Assembly: GCF_000315625.1 (NCBI RefSeq)
Contig: NW_005434635.1
Coordinates: 508,824 to 572,823 of the forward strand
Length of the DNA: 64,000 nucleotides
Source: Guillardia theta CCMP2712
Lineage: Eukaryota > Protista > Cryptophyta
Direction of reading: 5' to 3'
A program made the translations under genes and the position numbers. Shown here piece after piece: positions 61,325-64,000 of the stretch. The number at the start of each line of letters is the position of its first letter. The stretch's first letter is position 1. Under the pieces are notes generated by a model. That model was not told the DNA's origin. It searched no databases and saw nothing but the letters and a program-made list of their open reading frames with translations.

Positions 61325-64000
61325 ATGCAACCATTCTCTTCATGTTGTCTTCTCGTTATTCATATCAGCATTGTCAGTGGCTTCATCTACCCTCTTCATC
61401 CTCATGCAACAGATCAAAATCTCTGGCGAAAAGATAATTACTATCCTATCACTGAAGTCATCAAGCAGAAGTATTTGGATGTCGAGCGAAGATGGTCTTC
61501 CTCGGTACCCACTGTTGATGACACAGTCTCGTCGCCTCCTGTTAGCACTCCCTTCGATCGAGGACCCTACGCTGAACGACGTGACTATGCACTGAATCTG
61601 CAGCCTGGCGCTCCTTTGTTCCATCCTCCAGATTCTCCTCCTGGCTCAATACCTGCCGACGGCCTGCGCGGGGGGAATTTTTGCGATGAAGGAGCTCTTG
61701 ATAGTGAGTGTGTGATATCCAGACCTTTGAGCTTTCCGGGGAATTACACGATAAGTGGGATGGGAGTGACGCCATTTGTAAGGACAACCACGACTCACTG
61801 TGATTCATTGGACTGCTCATGTGCCATAGACCTGGTCGAATTCCTTCCTTCAAAATCTGATCTCATATGGGCATCGATTACCGTGGAGATGGAGGAAGGA
61901 TCAGCCTTCGTGACCAGCAAGCTCAAGTCAACGAAGATCGATGGTCATCTGCTCCAGGGCGAGTGTGAGACTCGAGTTTTATGTAAAGGTCAGGAGAGAA
62001 CCAACATTTCAGACAAGAGCGCCTGCTTTCCCGGTTGTGGAACCTTCTACGAATGTCTTCATCAAGTGGACATTACGAATTTTGCGAAGGATGGGAGAAT
62101 ACATCTAGACTTCACTTCCAATGAGCATGAATTCTTTGGGCATCGATGTGGTGGACATATTCTGAATGTAAGGGTTACGGTTACTGGAGAGTACCAGTCA
62201 ATGGGAAGTTTGCGCCTCGCTCGTGGAGGAGGATTGTTTTGTGAAACGAAGAATTGTTCGTTATCTTTCCACAGTCTCCGCAAGCTTACCCTGGACGATG
62301 GATCAAGGATCTTCTCAGATAAGCTAAACTTCACTGTTAATTCAATGGAAATTGCAGGGCATGTAGCAGCAAACAGCTTAGAAATTACTTCTGGGGCTTT
62401 GGAATTGTCTCTTTCTGGTAGACTCTCTCACGTGGAGCCCAACCTTTTCTCCTCATGTCAGATTGACATACATCCGAAATTTGTCGAAACAAAATATTCG
62501 TCAGAACTTCCTGTGGGATGCAACATAAGTTGTTTTCCTTGTTCATGTTTGGAGATTTACGGTTATTTACATTTCTCTTTCATCTTCGTAAGAGGCATCT
62601 CCCTCTTTATCGGGGCAGAGGGTCATATCTCTGCGGATGCTCTCGGTCATTTTGGAGGTGAAGGTCAGGGAGCGGGGTCCAGTTCTGACAGCGGTGGTGG
62701 CGGAGGAGGTTTTGGAGGCCGCGGGAGTGGAGGATGTGCCCTTGGGTCTGGGGATGGAGGCAGTGGATATGGCGAAGCCGTAGCTCCGAATATGCTGGGA
62801 GTCTGTATCACTCTCGAAGACTGCCAGGCAGATTTTGGCTCACAAATAGGTAGCGGAGGCGGACATGGGATGGTGGAAGGCGGGCGAGGCGGTGGTGCGA
62901 TAAGAATCTTGACTAGCACTGAGGTTCGCATCATTGGACGTTTGAGTGCAAACGGGGAAGATAGTGCTTGCTATCTCAAAGAGGTGACCAGGGGTATCTT
63001 CTTGTCCCAAGCCGGTGGAGGAGCAGGGAGTGGAGGATCGATTTGGATCTCCTCTGCCCGCTTGCTTGGGTCTGGTGTAGTCAGCACAAATGGCGGTTCT
63101 GCAAATCGTTCATGCGACACTGTGAAGGTGGTGACGTCAGGAGGAGGTGGAGGAGGTGGAAGGATTGCGATCGATTATGTCACGTTAGACATGGACCTCT
63201 TGCTTCATGCGCATGGAGGGACTTCCTTATGTGCAAGTGGAGGTGCAGGAACTGTGTTTGACTCCAATAGGATGGTTTATTTTCTTGACAACGGTGAAAT
63301 ATATAAGGTATCGTCAAATTTGGCATCTTCGTTTGCGTTCCTTCAGGATCAACCGACAACTCAAGTAGCTTTGACTCCGTGGCCTCAATGGGAGGAGAGA
63401 GGTACTAATCATTTGAATATTGCTATATCCTTTTGATTTGTTGTATGCAGCAAACGTCTATCGTCAAATTGTGTGTTGCTTGAACTCTACAAGAGTTCAT
63501 TATCCGGTCAATGGATGCAATCCTGCTGTTGTGGAGCAGGTTTACGTTCAGAATAGTGCTTTTGCTGAATTTCCCAAAAGCAGCTTATCTGTTCTTGTTG
63601 TCCAAAATAGTGCTTCAGTCGTTGCTACTAACTCCTCTGCAATGCTCACAGTCTCTTCTAAGATTGTACTGAGAAATGGACTGATCGGTTGTCTTGGTTG
63701 CTCCACAAGTTCGCTCGATGTTTTAAGGAATTCATGTGATGAAATTTGTCCGAATTGGAAGATTGTGTGCGATGGACATATTGTGATGGATGGCTACAGC
63801 AAGATGATTGGAAACAATATTAGCATTCTTGTGCAACAAAACATGTTTATACTGCAAGGAGCTATGCTATATCCCAGCTCTTGGAATATTTTCTCGTCGA
63901 TTGAAATTGATTGCTCCAGTTTAGTACTCAATGGTACAATACACTTTTCCATCATTCAATTGAACGTTACCAATATCAGCATCCTCGAAGCTGGGTTGAT
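61325..64000 (+). CDS. Large secreted glycine-rich repeat protein (GGGxGGxG / GSGGSI / GGGGRIA type, seen in plants and algae), truncated by the window end
   Basis: Signal peptide, a Cys-rich N-terminal half, then ISADALG...GGGGGFGGRG...GSGGG...GGGAIRI...LSANG...GSGGSIWI...GGGGGRIAI...GGAGTVF. Coding continues to the window edge. Confidence 0.75.

Noticed and set aside
32482-61680. LRLGGG in GT49 (near 32485) and GLRGG in the glycine-rich protein (near 61665) as further LRGG presequences
   Set aside because: The first is not LRGG and directly follows the signal peptide. The second lies ~115 aa in, after acidic sequence unlike a transit peptide.

Overview
This window is eukaryotic nuclear DNA, not prokaryotic. 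It is gene-dense, with many short spliceosomal introns (about 40-60 nt) and five 100-N assembly gaps. Intron size, gene content (flagellar CCDC96, many secreted glycosyltransferases) and signal-peptide + LRGG presequences point to an alga with a complex red plastid, most likely a cryptophyte of the Guillardia type; this assignment is inference. About 24 genes were reconstructed by splicing exons by hand. In order: NCBP3-like, CCDC96/CFAP184 with an IQ motif, C2(+SAM-like) protein, secreted FkbM-type methyltransferase, GT2 glycosyltransferase, small F-box protein, TMEM115, GT96/HPAT-like glycosyltransferase, double-ApaG protein, MORN-repeat protein, PDZ protein, METTL21-type methyltransferase, GT49/LARGE-like glycosyltransferase, profilin-like protein, an LRGG membrane protein, multi-FKBP-TPR immunophilin, a divergent HEN1-like methyltransferase, an unknown repeat protein, glutaredoxin-DEP-DUF547, ricin-lectin + degenerate ADP-ribosylglycohydrolase, an ankyrin protein, an LRR protein, D-serine dehydratase family enzyme, and a truncated glycine-rich secreted protein. 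The most notable observations are: (1) three unrelated genes whose leader (signal peptide + transit-like stretch) ends in a ubiquitin-C-terminus mimic, (R/E)LRGG; (2) one of them is a HEN1-fold small-RNA methyltransferase with altered metal ligands; (3) three introns best explained by non-canonical GA-AG splice sites; (4) several unusual domain fusions. Exon boundaries and many gene ends are hand-derived and approximate. No CRISPR array, rRNA, tRNA or intact mobile element was recognised.
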